The notes under the pieces were generated by a model. That model did no database searches. It saw only the letters and a list, made by a program, of their open reading frames with translations, and was not told the DNA's origin. From NCBI GenBank assembly GCA_049973735.1, contig JBMFJL010000002.1:1-29414 (forward strand): 29,414 nt of DNA, in the 5' to 3' direction. Below are positions 1 to 8,421 of this stretch, piece by piece. Position 1 is the first letter of the stretch; the number at the start of each line of letters is the position of its first letter. The position numbers were made by a program, and so were the translations under genes. Source of the DNA: Nanopusillaceae archaeon (lineage in GTDB: Archaea; Nanobdellota; Nanobdellia; Nanobdellales; Nanobdellaceae).

Positions 1-997
1 CTTCCTGGATTTTTAATCCATTTAATTCCTTTATTTCAGATATTATTTTCCCGTCATCTGATATCGAAATTATCTCTGGTAAATTGTATTTGTTTCTCCA
101 CTTAATATCATAAGGATCTCCATATGTACATATCCATACAATTCCCGTTCCAAACTCATATTCTACTTCTTCATCAGAAATTATTTTTACCTTTCTATTT
201 ATTAGTGGAATTGTAACTTCTAATTTCTCTAAATCTTTGTAATCATATTCTTTAATAATTTTTAAATTATTTTTCTTTGCATAAGCCTCAGATACAATTA
301 TATTTCCATCTATTTCTACATATTTGTTTTTTGCAATTAGTATAGCTACACAGGAATTTATCAGTTCTGGTCTTGTAGTTGCAATTAAAATATATTTTCC
401 ATTACTAGTTGGCAATTTTATATAAAGTAATTCTCCATCTTTTTCAATATATCCGGCTTCTTGCATTGAAATTGCGGTTTGACATTTTGGACACCACATT
501 ATTGGATGCTTTTTTCTTTCAAGCAAACCTTCGTTGAACATTTTTATTAGTGTAAACTGAACTAGCGCCTCATATTTTTTGTCCATAGTTTTATAAACTT
601 TAGATCTATCGAAAAGATAACCTAACCTGACAAAGGCATCGTACATAGATTTAATTGAATCATTTGTCCAGTCTATGCAAGCTTTAATAAATCTCTCTTT
701 ATCTTCTTTCGGTATTTTTAATTTTGTTAATATCTTATTTTCTGTAGGTAATCCGTGACAGTCAAACCCCAGAGGAGCATATACATTATAACCATCCAAT
801 ATTTTGTATCTAGTTATAAAATCTAACCAGATAAATTCTAGTGCATGTCCCATATGAGGACTTCCTGATGTAAAAGGTGGTGGAGAATCTATAATAAATT
901 TTTTATCCTTATTTATATCAAAGTAATATATTCTGGTTTTTTCCCATATTTCCAGAGCTTCTTTTTCTATAATTTTATAATCTGGTCTTTTATCCAT
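1..997 (-). CDS. valS: Valyl-tRNA synthetase, N-terminal part (gene runs off the window start)
   Basis: Absent from the ORF track because it is open at the window edge. Translation from the ATG (complement of 995-997) gives MDKRPDYKIIEKEALEIW...FIIDSPPPFTSGSPHMGHALEF...GFDCHGLPTE...MWCPKCQTAIS...ATTRPEL. The PPP plus HMGH (HIGH-type) class I signature and the TTRPE motif fit ValRS. IleRS/LeuRS are not fully excluded. Confidence 0.7.
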   Translation of the reverse strand, partial: MDKRPDYKIIEKEALEIWEKTRIYYFDINKDKKFIIDSPPPFTSGSPHMGHALEFIWLDFITRYKILDGYNVYAPLGFDCHGLPTENKILTKLKIPKEDKERFIKACIDWTNDSIKSMYDAFVRLGYLFDRSKVYKTMDKKYEALVQFTLIKMFNEGLLERKKHPIMWCPKCQTAISMQEAGYIEKDGELLYIKLPTSNGKYILIATTRPELINSCVAILIAKNKYVEIDGNIIVSEAYAKKNNLKIIKEYDYKDLEKLEVTIPLINRKVKIISDEEVEYEFGTGIVWICTYGDPYDIKWRNKYNLPEIISISDDGKIISEIKELNGLKIQE

Positions 998-1027
998 AAG
1001 AATAAAATATAAAAAATTTTTAAAAAA

Positions 1028-1378
1028 TTAGTTAAAAATTATTTTTGAGAGCTTTTTCTTTAGTACAGTTTGCATTAGAACACCTAACAGTGTTAATACT
1101 GTTCCAATAATTTGTAAATATCCCGAAGCTGCTATCAAACTTTGAGCACTTCTACCAAGTTCATACAAATTATATAGACCCGATACCAATGCAACAGCAT
1201 ATAATAATAAAGAAGTTAATAGTATTACTATGCCTATATTTGCTATTTTGCAGTCTTCAATTTCCTCTATTAATGAATAAACGAGAATTGATACAACTAC
1301 TGCTGCCATGTATATTTGGAATAACGCCAGTATAATTACTGAAAAAACAGACAACAAAACTGCTTTTTTCCAATCCAT
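1028..1378 (-). CDS. Small integral membrane protein, unknown function (3-4 predicted TM helices)
   Basis: 116-aa ORF made of long hydrophobic stretches (VLLSVFSVIILALFQIYMAAVVVSILVY, IVILLTSLLLYAVALVSGLY, LQIIGTVLTLLGVLM). A TATA-like tttataaat lies about 25-30 nt upstream of the ATG. No recognisable family. Confidence 0.5.
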   Translation of the reverse strand: MDWKKAVLLSVFSVIILALFQIYMAAVVVSILVYSLIEEIEDCKIANIGIVILLTSLLLYAVALVSGLYNLYELGRSAQSLIAASGYLQIIGTVLTLLGVLMQTVLKKKLSKIIFN

Positions 1379-1471
1379 TAAAAAGAACTATAAAAAATAT
1401 TTATAAATTTAATTGTTTTTCCTAAGTAGATAAAAATCTTTTTATTCTATAATCATTAAAATAAGAATATT

Positions 1472-2254
1472 TTAGCTGTTTAATAATAGACTAATTATAT
1501 TTTGTATTTTCTTATCTAACTGATTTAATCCAATTTCTAATATTTTTTCTGCACTATAGCTACCAAAAGATTCGATATAAAATATAAATTCATCTTTTGG
1601 GATAACTTTTATTTTTCCGTTGCTTGCACTTTCTATAGCATCCAAAAAGTTTCTGTCATATTCTTTTCCCTTTGGTACATTTATCTTTTTTCCGCTTACT
1701 TTAACTCCTAAGATATTCAATTTTTCTTTTTCTTCATCTGATAATCCTTCCTCTAATTTTAGTTCTCCAACTCTATAATAGTATACATATCCAGGTACAA
1801 ATTTTCCATGCATTCTTCCATTACCTAAAATAGCAATTGCCTCCAACTTTACCTTTTGCCCTTCTTCTAGATAACCTATTATAGTTTCCGGATAAATTGG
1901 ATAAACTTCTTTATTTTCAGATTTCAAATCTGATGCATATATATATCCTTTTTTGTCTTTATCTAAATATAATTTTATTTGAGTATTTTCAGAAATACCT
2001 TCCGGTGTGTTTAATACTACTAATCCCAATCTATGAGCGAGCATTTCATCCCAAAGAGCAGAAGAATTTTCATGTATAAATACATCTTCTATTGCTAAAG
2101 TTTTAACTTCTTCTTCAATTGTTCTCTTCAATACATTTAAGAAAACAGGACTCTCTCCCTTTATAAGCAATTTTAATTTATATATTTTCCTATCATGATC
2201 TACTGCAAATTTATCTGTTGATTTTTCAACAACAGAAATCTGTACCATAAACAC
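1472..2254 (-). CDS. rpoD: DNA-directed RNA polymerase subunit D (Rpo3)
   Basis: 260 aa. The FLNVLKRTIEEEV and DEMLAHRLGLVVL motifs are typical of the alpha-like Rpo3/RpoD dimerisation domain, and the length is appropriate. There are no cysteines, so no Fe-S domain. Confidence 0.8.
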   Translation of the reverse strand: MFMVQISVVEKSTDKFAVDHDRKIYKLKLLIKGESPVFLNVLKRTIEEEVKTLAIEDVFIHENSSALWDEMLAHRLGLVVLNTPEGISENTQIKLYLDKDKKGYIYASDLKSENKEVYPIYPETIIGYLEEGQKVKLEAIAILGNGRMHGKFVPGYVYYYRVGELKLEEGLSDEEKEKLNILGVKVSGKKINVPKGKEYDRNFLDAIESASNGKIKVIPKDEFIFYIESFGSYSAEKILEIGLNQLDKKIQNIISLLLNS

Positions 2255-2336
2255 ATATTTTTAAAAAATCTTATAAAGTCTTTAATAGGAGAATAAATTT
2301 TATTCGATATATTGTATAAGAATAAAACTCATTTAA

Positions 2337-2408
2337 TGGGACCGCGGGGATTTGAACCCCGGACCTCCGCCTTGTAAGGGCGGCATCATACCCCTAGACT
2401 ACGGTCCC
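2337..2408 (-). tRNA. tRNA-Val (anticodon UAC), no intron, CCA not encoded
   Basis: The reverse complement is GGGACCGTAGTCTAGGGGTATGATGCCGCCCTTACAAGGCGGAGGTCCGGGGTTCAAATCCCCGCGGTCCCA. It folds with a 7-bp acceptor stem, a CCGCC/GGCGG anticodon stem with loop CTTACAA, a CGGGG/CCCCG T-stem with TTCAAAT loop, and discriminator A. It is the only GC-rich island outside coding sequence. Confidence 0.95.
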
Positions 2409-2434
2409 TTAAATATAATTTTAGAAATGAAGAT

Positions 2435-2812
2435 TTAAAAAAGAACTGATGATTCATATTCTATTTCAGATGTTTTTAAATTTATAACTAGTTTATTCTC
2501 TCTGCTACTTTTCCTTATTGATAGTATACCTTTGTCTAAATAGATATTTAATACATAATATTCTATTTCTCTTAGATCATTTTCTTTAGATAATCTTTCT
2601 ACGTCCATAACTTTTACATTATTTATTGATAAAACTTCATAATCACCTGTTAATTTAGAAGATATAGTTAAAGATAAATTATTTCCATTATATCCAACTT
2701 TTATAGAATAATTTTCTCTTTCACATTCAAAGTATAATCCTTCTTTAAAATTTCCTCCACTAATTTTACAGAAAAATGCAAATTCTTTTTTTAATTTATC
2801 TTGGAGTACCAT
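2435..2812 (-). CDS. Hypothetical protein (125 aa from the internal Met), last gene of the redox/Fe-S operon
   Basis: The track ORF is 2435-2848. I prefer Met13 (2812), which sits 1 nt after the stop of the upstream DUF59 gene, whereas Met1 would overlap it by 35 nt. No recognisable motif; the protein looks beta-rich. Confidence 0.45.
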   Translation of the reverse strand: MVLQDKLKKEFAFFCKISGGNFKEGLYFECERENYSIKVGYNGNNLSLTISSKLTGDYEVLSINNVKVMDVERLSKENDLREIEYYVLNIYLDKGILSIRKSSRENKLVINLKTSEIEYESSVLF

Positions 2813-2813
2813 T

Positions 2814-3110
2814 TCATATACCAAGTTCTTTTCTAATCCCTGGATCAACTCTTTCTATGCTCCATTGATTTTCAAAATCTATTTCTATATTTATTTTGTA
2901 TTCATTAGCAAGATCCTGCAGTTTTTCTTTGATACCTTCTAAAATTGCAGGTATAAATGGACATAGTGGAGTAGTTGGCAAAAATTTTATATATATTTCA
3001 TTGTTTTTAATTTTAATTTCTTCTATTTCTCCGAGAGATATAATATCATATCCAATTTCTGGATCTATAACTTCCTTCAATCTTTCTTTAATCATTTCTT
3101 CACTTACCAC
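2814..3110 (-). CDS. DUF59/MIP18-family (SufT/PaaD-like) Fe-S cluster assembly protein
   Basis: 98 aa. IKERLKEVIDPEIGYDIISLGEI...LPTTPLCPF matches the DPE..-I..LG signature and conserved Cys of the DUF59 family. Confidence 0.7.
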   Translation of the reverse strand: MVSEEMIKERLKEVIDPEIGYDIISLGEIEEIKIKNNEIYIKFLPTTPLCPFIPAILEGIKEKLQDLANEYKINIEIDFENQWSIERVDPGIRKELGI

Positions 3111-4084
3111 CTTCCTGTTTTAATATATATAAATGCCGAATATGCTGCTACTGCTCCCTGGGCTGCGGCAGTTATTATTTGTTTAAGTCCACATAATTGT
3201 GTAGTTACATCTCCTGCCCCAAGTATTCCTTTTACATTTGTTTTACCACAATCATCTACTATTATATTTCCAGCTTCATTTAATTTTACACCAACATCTT
3301 TAACTATTTCCGACAACGGAACCAAACCTATTGCAATGAATAATCCATCTAACTTAAGTGTTGATTTTTCTCCAGTTTTTGTATCCTGTAAAACTACTTC
3401 TTCAACTTTTCCATTACCCCTTATTTCAACAACTACTTTATTTAATAGGAATTTTATTTTTGGGTTTTCTTTTGCTTTTTCAACCTCTATCGGATCTGCT
3501 CTAAATTCATCTCTTCTATGAATAATATATACCTCTTTTGCATGTTGAGACAAAACTTGCGCATCATGAAATGCAGAATTACCTCCACCAACTACCCCAA
3601 CAACTTTGTCTTTAAAAAATGCAGCATCACACTCAGCACAATATGATACTCCAGGCAAATTTTCTCCTGGAATTCCCAACTTTTTTCTTTGTGAACCAGT
3701 CGCAATAATTACTACTTTGGATATAAAATCTTTTCCTGTTGAAGTGAATACTTTCAATCTTTCATCCGGTAACTTTTCTACTCTGACTACATTTTCTATT
3801 AAAAATTTTACTCCAAATTTTTCTACATGATTTCTAAATTTCTTTGCTAGGTCGGGTCCACTAATAGATTCAAAGCCTAAATAATCATCTATTAAATTTA
3901 TTTCATTTAGTAGACCACCAATATTTTGTGTAATAACTAGGGTTTTTAATCTATATCTACCAGAATATAGTGCAGCAGCCAGTCCTGCCGGTCCTCCACC
4001 AATAATTATTACATCCCACTCCTTGTCTAGCTCTTCTGATTGTATTTTCATTATTTCTCCACCTATTTTAAATAAGCTATCCAT
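3104..4084 (-). CDS. trxB: Thioredoxin reductase-like FAD/NAD(P) disulfide oxidoreductase
   Basis: FAD motif DVIIIGGGPAGLAAALY, redox centre CAECDAAFF (a CxxCD variant), NAD(P) motif VVGVVGGGNSAFHDA, C-terminal GAGDVT. An alternative start at Met12 (4051) is possible. Confidence 0.85.
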   Translation of the reverse strand: MDSLFKIGGEIMKIQSEELDKEWDVIIIGGGPAGLAAALYSGRYRLKTLVITQNIGGLLNEINLIDDYLGFESISGPDLAKKFRNHVEKFGVKFLIENVVRVEKLPDERLKVFTSTGKDFISKVVIIATGSQRKKLGIPGENLPGVSYCAECDAAFFKDKVVGVVGGGNSAFHDAQVLSQHAKEVYIIHRRDEFRADPIEVEKAKENPKIKFLLNKVVVEIRGNGKVEEVVLQDTKTGEKSTLKLDGLFIAIGLVPLSEIVKDVGVKLNEAGNIIVDDCGKTNVKGILGAGDVTTQLCGLKQIITAAAQGAVAAYSAFIYIKTGRW

Positions 4085-4136
4085 AATTAATATAGATCAC
4101 TAGGTATTTTTAAGTATTTTTATATCCAACAAAAAA

Positions 4137-4847
4137 TTATTTAGACGATTTTTCTACAGACTTTTTTATCTTATCTGCAAATAATTCTGCTTCTGGCAAC
4201 ATTCCCTCCCATTCTTCAAGTTTCTTGCCATTTTCATCTAATATTGCTATATGTGGTACTCCATAAACATGGAAAGATTCTGCAAATTCTGGAAATTCTG
4301 TACTTTCTACCATAATACCTCTTATATTCTTTTTTACCATTGCAAATTGATGCGCATTATGTGTCATATATGGACAATATGGACATGTAGGAGTTACAAA
4401 TACTAATATATCTAAATTCTTTTCTATACTGGCTAACTTTTTTATTGTTGCACCATCTACATGGAAGTGATCGCTTGATACATGTAATATATCTTCTAAG
4501 AATATTGGAAATTCTTCTCCTGCTGGTAATCCTAAATATATAATCCCTGGATACTTTTTAAATACGAATAATGGACCTCTTCTGTGGCCAACATTATCTA
4601 TCAGTAATCTCTTATTTTTCATTTCTTCTTCTATTTTTGGATCAAAGCTATCATATATATTAAATTTTACTTTATTATTGCTTATATTCATCAATTCTTC
4701 TGCTAATCTTTTTGCAAAATCACTAGCATCTGCATTATTTTTATTATCTAGGTATAAATCTATTTCTACTGGTTCCTTCATATGTTTTTCAAATAATTCT
4801 TTTAGGTATTTTTTATCTTCTTCACTGAAGATTTCTTTGCTAGCCAT
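4137..4847 (-). CDS. Two-unit thioredoxin-fold protein disulfide oxidoreductase (PDO/glutaredoxin-like), single CPYC site
   Basis: 236 aa. The only cysteines are in VFVTPTCPYCPY, in the C-terminal unit. Size and layout resemble archaeal PDO or the AhpF N-terminal domain. It lies immediately upstream of trxB on the same strand. Confidence 0.65.
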   Translation of the reverse strand: MASKEIFSEEDKKYLKELFEKHMKEPVEIDLYLDNKNNADASDFAKRLAEELMNISNNKVKFNIYDSFDPKIEEEMKNKRLLIDNVGHRRGPLFVFKKYPGIIYLGLPAGEEFPIFLEDILHVSSDHFHVDGATIKKLASIEKNLDILVFVTPTCPYCPYMTHNAHQFAMVKKNIRGIMVESTEFPEFAESFHVYGVPHIAILDENGKKLEEWEGMLPEAELFADKIKKSVEKSSK

Positions 4848-4888
4848 AGTATATATATGTTATTAAAACAGCTATTTAAACTTTTTTG

Positions 4889-5986
4889 TTAAATCTCTAC
4901 AAGTTCGTTTAATTTTCTTAACGCTCTTAATTTAAAATAATTATTGGCTTTTGAATCTTTTATTGCATTCTTTAAAAATTCTGCTTCTTCTAACATTAAT
5001 TTTTTCATAACATAGTATGGTTTTCCAACCTTAGTACCGTGTGCAAATGTATATATTATAGGATCTTCCCAAGATAATTCTGTTCCATATATTATCTTTG
5101 CTGTATAGGCCAAAGCCCTCAATAGTCCAGGTCCAATTCCTTTGAAATATAATAAATCTTTAAAATTTTCTACAGTTTTCTTAATTTTGAGAGCTTTCCA
5201 ATAAATTTTATCAGGAATCTTTAAATAGGCCGGTAATTCTTGATAGAAAAGATAATCCTTTATGTCGTCTCTTCCAACGATATATTTTATTATAGTATTA
5301 CTTTTGTTTTCTATAGATTTTAATCTTATTATATACTTCTTTATTTTCTCTATACTTTCGTTATTTATCATTTCTACAATTGAATTCCTCAAATCTTCTG
5401 ATTTCTTGTTCGAAATATTCAAAGTTTTGGTTTTATTACCTAAACCTACTTGATTATCATTAAATATTTCTGTATTTATCCAATGAAATCTTCTAACTTT
5501 TTGTTCTTTTATCGACATTTTCTGATTTATTACTGTTGAAAATCCTTTTTCATCAGATACTATAAAGTGAAAATATAGATTGTAGCCATCTTGTATTAGA
5601 TAGTTATCGATTTTTGCAGATAAAATAGATAAATCTTTGAGTTTATCCTTTACTTTATCTTTTATCTCCTTATTTTCTAATTCTTTAGTTATCTTAGAAT
5701 CTTTTCCTTTTCCACCTAGAACAATTATTGGTAAATTTTCTTCTATAGATATTTCCTTTAGTGCTTTCATTGTTACAGTAGTCATACCAGAGTAATTCCA
5801 TTCAAATCCCAATAAACATGCCAAAGAATTAAACCACAAAGGATTTGATAATCTTTTAACAAGTTCTTCAGGACCAAACTCTTCTATAATAACTTTTACT
5901 ATTGATCTTTCTAGTTCTTTTAATTCTTTATAATGTGGTATAGGCCCTTTAGCCAGCTTTAGTTCAACATCCCCAGTTTTTATCAT
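4889..5986 (-). CDS. DUF763-family protein (conserved, uncharacterised)
   Basis: 365 aa. The N-terminal segment EEFGPEELVKRLSNPLWFNSLACLLGFEWNYSGMTTVT resembles the conserved DUF763 N-terminus as I recall it. This is recognition from memory, not a search. Confidence 0.55.
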   Translation of the reverse strand: MIKTGDVELKLAKGPIPHYKELKELERSIVKVIIEEFGPEELVKRLSNPLWFNSLACLLGFEWNYSGMTTVTMKALKEISIEENLPIIVLGGKGKDSKITKELENKEIKDKVKDKLKDLSILSAKIDNYLIQDGYNLYFHFIVSDEKGFSTVINQKMSIKEQKVRRFHWINTEIFNDNQVGLGNKTKTLNISNKKSEDLRNSIVEMINNESIEKIKKYIIRLKSIENKSNTIIKYIVGRDDIKDYLFYQELPAYLKIPDKIYWKALKIKKTVENFKDLLYFKGIGPGLLRALAYTAKIIYGTELSWEDPIIYTFAHGTKVGKPYYVMKKLMLEEAEFLKNAIKDSKANNYFKLRALRKLNELVEI

Positions 5987-6014
5987 TATAATAAATATCT
6001 ATATGCTAAAAAAT

Positions 6015-7565
6015 TTATATTAGATAGTGCCATACATTGTTACCTTTGAAATTATACACTATAGTTTTATATGTTGTGGTTGTTTCAAATCCGTATCCCA
6101 ATCCTTCTTTTCCTACACCAGAGTCCTTTCTTCCTCCGTATGGATAATAACCAATACCATGTCTTGGGAAATCATTTATATATATTGCACCTACATCTAA
6201 ATATCTTATTATTTTTCTAATTTTAACTATATCGTGTCCAAATACTGATGCATCCAATCCATATCTCCTATTATTTGCTATTTTAATTGCTTCGTCAATA
6301 TCTGAAACCTTTACTAATAATGCTACAGATAAGAATACTTCTTTATTAAATAGGTAAAGATCTTGAACCCTCTCTTTACCTATTTCAATGAGGGTTGGTT
6401 CAAAGTAGGTAGGACCCAATCTATTTCCTCCATAAAGTACAACACCTCCTTTTTGTTTTGCATCCTCTATTCCATACATAAGCTCATCTATGGTCTTTGG
6501 ATCTATTACTGGACCGAAGTTGGTATTTGGATCTCTCGGATCCCCAATTTTTACTTTCTTAAGTTCTTCAATTAATCTACTCTTAAATCTTTCATATACA
6601 GGTTCCTCAACCAGTATTAATTTTATTGAATCACATCTTTGTCCAGAGAATGATGTAATACCTATAGCAATTCTTTGTGCAGCATAATCTATATCAGCAT
6701 CAGATAGTACAAATGCTGGATCTCCACCACCTAATTCCATCAAGAATTGTTTTATTCCAGAATTTCTAATAATTTCTTCTCCAGTTTCAGAAGATCCTGT
6801 AAATAATATAGCTCCTATTTTTTTATTCGACAAAATTTTATTCATTTCTTTTCCAGGTATTGTGATCAAGGATACAGACTTCATTGGTAATCCTGCTAAT
6901 TCCATTACTCTGAAGTATAATATTACTGGTAGAGGATCTGCTGATGGAGGTTTAAATAATAATGCGTTTCCAGACAATAAAGAGAATATAATTTTATTCA
7001 CAGAGTCAAATAATGGATAGTTAAATGGAGCTATCCCTAATATTAATCCTATAGGTTCTCTCTTTACTACAGCTTCAGATTCTAAAGAATCCGCACTCCA
7101 ATCACCAGATATATATTCTCCAAATATTTTTCTTACATCGATGGTTGCTCTTTTTATTCTTTCTATTGTAGCATTTATTTCTCCTTGTGCCTGTGATCTA
7201 GTTTTTCCTACATTTATCATTAATACATTTATAAAATCTTCTATATTTCTTTGTATCAAATCTATAGTTCTTTGAAATCCTTCTAACCTTTTAAATCCAG
7301 GAGTATCTCTAATTATCCATCTACCTTCATTATATAATCTATCAATTTCCTTTTCTACTAATTCATATGGAACTTTTGGTACTTTTGCAATAACAGACTG
7401 ATCTATTGGAGATACTATATTAATGTATTCTCCTTTTCCATAATACCATTCTCCATTAATGAATGCTGGAAATATTGGTATATTATCTATATCATATCTA
7501 ATGATACTTTTTATTTCTTCAGACTTAATTTCTAATTTTGCCTCTCCTAAAATTTCTATCGCCAT
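6015..7565 (-). CDS. Aldehyde dehydrogenase family protein, GAPN-like (non-phosphorylating glyceraldehyde-3-P dehydrogenase candidate)
   Basis: 516 aa. ALDH hallmarks are present: APFNYPL, catalytic Glu in MELGGGDPAFV, catalytic Cys in FSGQRCDSIK. Substrate assignment to GAP is an inference from size and archaeal context. Confidence 0.75.
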   Translation of the reverse strand: MAIEILGEAKLEIKSEEIKSIIRYDIDNIPIFPAFINGEWYYGKGEYINIVSPIDQSVIAKVPKVPYELVEKEIDRLYNEGRWIIRDTPGFKRLEGFQRTIDLIQRNIEDFINVLMINVGKTRSQAQGEINATIERIKRATIDVRKIFGEYISGDWSADSLESEAVVKREPIGLILGIAPFNYPLFDSVNKIIFSLLSGNALLFKPPSADPLPVILYFRVMELAGLPMKSVSLITIPGKEMNKILSNKKIGAILFTGSSETGEEIIRNSGIKQFLMELGGGDPAFVLSDADIDYAAQRIAIGITSFSGQRCDSIKLILVEEPVYERFKSRLIEELKKVKIGDPRDPNTNFGPVIDPKTIDELMYGIEDAKQKGGVVLYGGNRLGPTYFEPTLIEIGKERVQDLYLFNKEVFLSVALLVKVSDIDEAIKIANNRRYGLDASVFGHDIVKIRKIIRYLDVGAIYINDFPRHGIGYYPYGGRKDSGVGKEGLGYGFETTTTYKTIVYNFKGNNVWHYLI

Positions 7566-7588
7566 TTATTATACTTAATATTTCTACT

Positions 7589-8335
7589 TTATAATATTAT
7601 TTCTAGTACTACTGGTAAGTGATCTGATCCATAAAAATCATATAATATGTCAGCATCCTTTACCTTATCTATTATATCTTTGCTTACAATACAATAATCA
7701 ATTCTCCAACCTAAATTCTTTTTTCTAGCTTCTATAAAATATGGAAACCACGAATATTTTATTATATTGCCCTTTATGTATCTAAATGTATCTATAAAGC
7801 CTAGAGATAAAAAATGATCAAACCATTGTCTTTCTTCATCAGTAAAACCTGCATATCTTCTAAATCTATCAGGATTGTAAATATCTATTTCTTTATGTGC
7901 TACATTAAAGTCTCCACAAATTATACAAGGTTTTTTCAAGGACAAAACAAACTCTTCAAATTTTTTATCAAATTCTAATTTGAAGTCTAATCTTTTTAAT
8001 GTATCTTGGCCTGCATTAGGAAAATAAACATTTATCAAATAAAAATTATCATATTCTAATGTTAATACTCTACCTTCATCATCAAATTTGCTTTCCCCTA
8101 TTCCATAAATTACATTTAGTGGTTTTATCTTTGTTAACGTCATAACTCCGCTGTAACCTTTTTCCTTAGCCGGGAAAGAATATACAAAATAATTCATTTT
8201 AAAAGGTAGTGGTATATCTTTTGTTTTTATTTCTTGAAATAGATAAAAATCTGCATTTAAAATTTTCATCATATCCAACAATCCTTTTTTTATCATAGCC
8301 TTAAGTCCGTTAATATTCCAAGAAATAATTTTCAT
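7589..8335 (-). CDS. xth: Exodeoxyribonuclease III / AP endonuclease
   Basis: 248 aa. MKIISWNINGLKA at the N-terminus, CGDFNVAH, and GSDHLPVVLE at the C-terminus are EEP-fold ExoIII signatures. Confidence 0.85.
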   Translation of the reverse strand: MKIISWNINGLKAMIKKGLLDMMKILNADFYLFQEIKTKDIPLPFKMNYFVYSFPAKEKGYSGVMTLTKIKPLNVIYGIGESKFDDEGRVLTLEYDNFYLINVYFPNAGQDTLKRLDFKLEFDKKFEEFVLSLKKPCIICGDFNVAHKEIDIYNPDRFRRYAGFTDEERQWFDHFLSLGFIDTFRYIKGNIIKYSWFPYFIEARKKNLGWRIDYCIVSKDIIDKVKDADILYDFYGSDHLPVVLEIIL

Positions 8336-8360
8336 TGATTTTATATTAAATAAAAATAAT

Positions 8361-8421
8361 TATAAGTTTCAGTTTCCGGGTTCATCATCATTTATCAGAG
8401 AAGATTTATTCATCACTTATA
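8361..8421 (-). ncRNA. C/D box sRNA (2'-O-methylation guide) candidate
   Basis: The minus strand reads tataa-GTGATGA(C)-ataaatcttct-CTGA(D')-taa-ATGATGA(C')-tgaacccggaaa-CTGA(D)-aac-ttata. All four boxes are canonical, the spacers are 11 and 12 nt, and tataa/ttata form possible 5-bp terminal pairing. The C box overlaps the last codons (S-D-E-stop) of tatD. Confidence 0.7.

Noticed and set aside
1897-2079. Short antisense ORFs in the track lying inside well-supported genes (also 2896-3123, 3336-3521, 3606-3830, 4678-4866, 5262-5453, 6363-6687, 8422-8658)
   Set aside because: They lie entirely opposite conserved CDSs. They are Ser/Phe/Ile/Leu-rich, as expected from reverse reading of AT-rich Lys/Glu/Asn codons, and have no motifs and no independent start context.
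2291-2327. AT-rich inverted repeats (GAATAAAtTTTATTC plus a third GAATAAAA) between tRNA-Val and rpoD
   Set aside because: They are low-complexity A/T sequence whose pairing would be weak. The region is better explained as the rpoD promoter/TATA region, and there is no evidence for a structured RNA.
2337-2408. tRNA-Val as the target of the C/D sRNA D-guide, or as an integration hotspot
   Set aside because: The tRNA T-arm reads GUCCGGGGUUCA (four G, preceded by GUC) and the guide requires UUUCCGGGUUCA, so they are not complementary across the full guide. No integrase, direct repeat of the tRNA 3' end or foreign-looking genes flank the tRNA.
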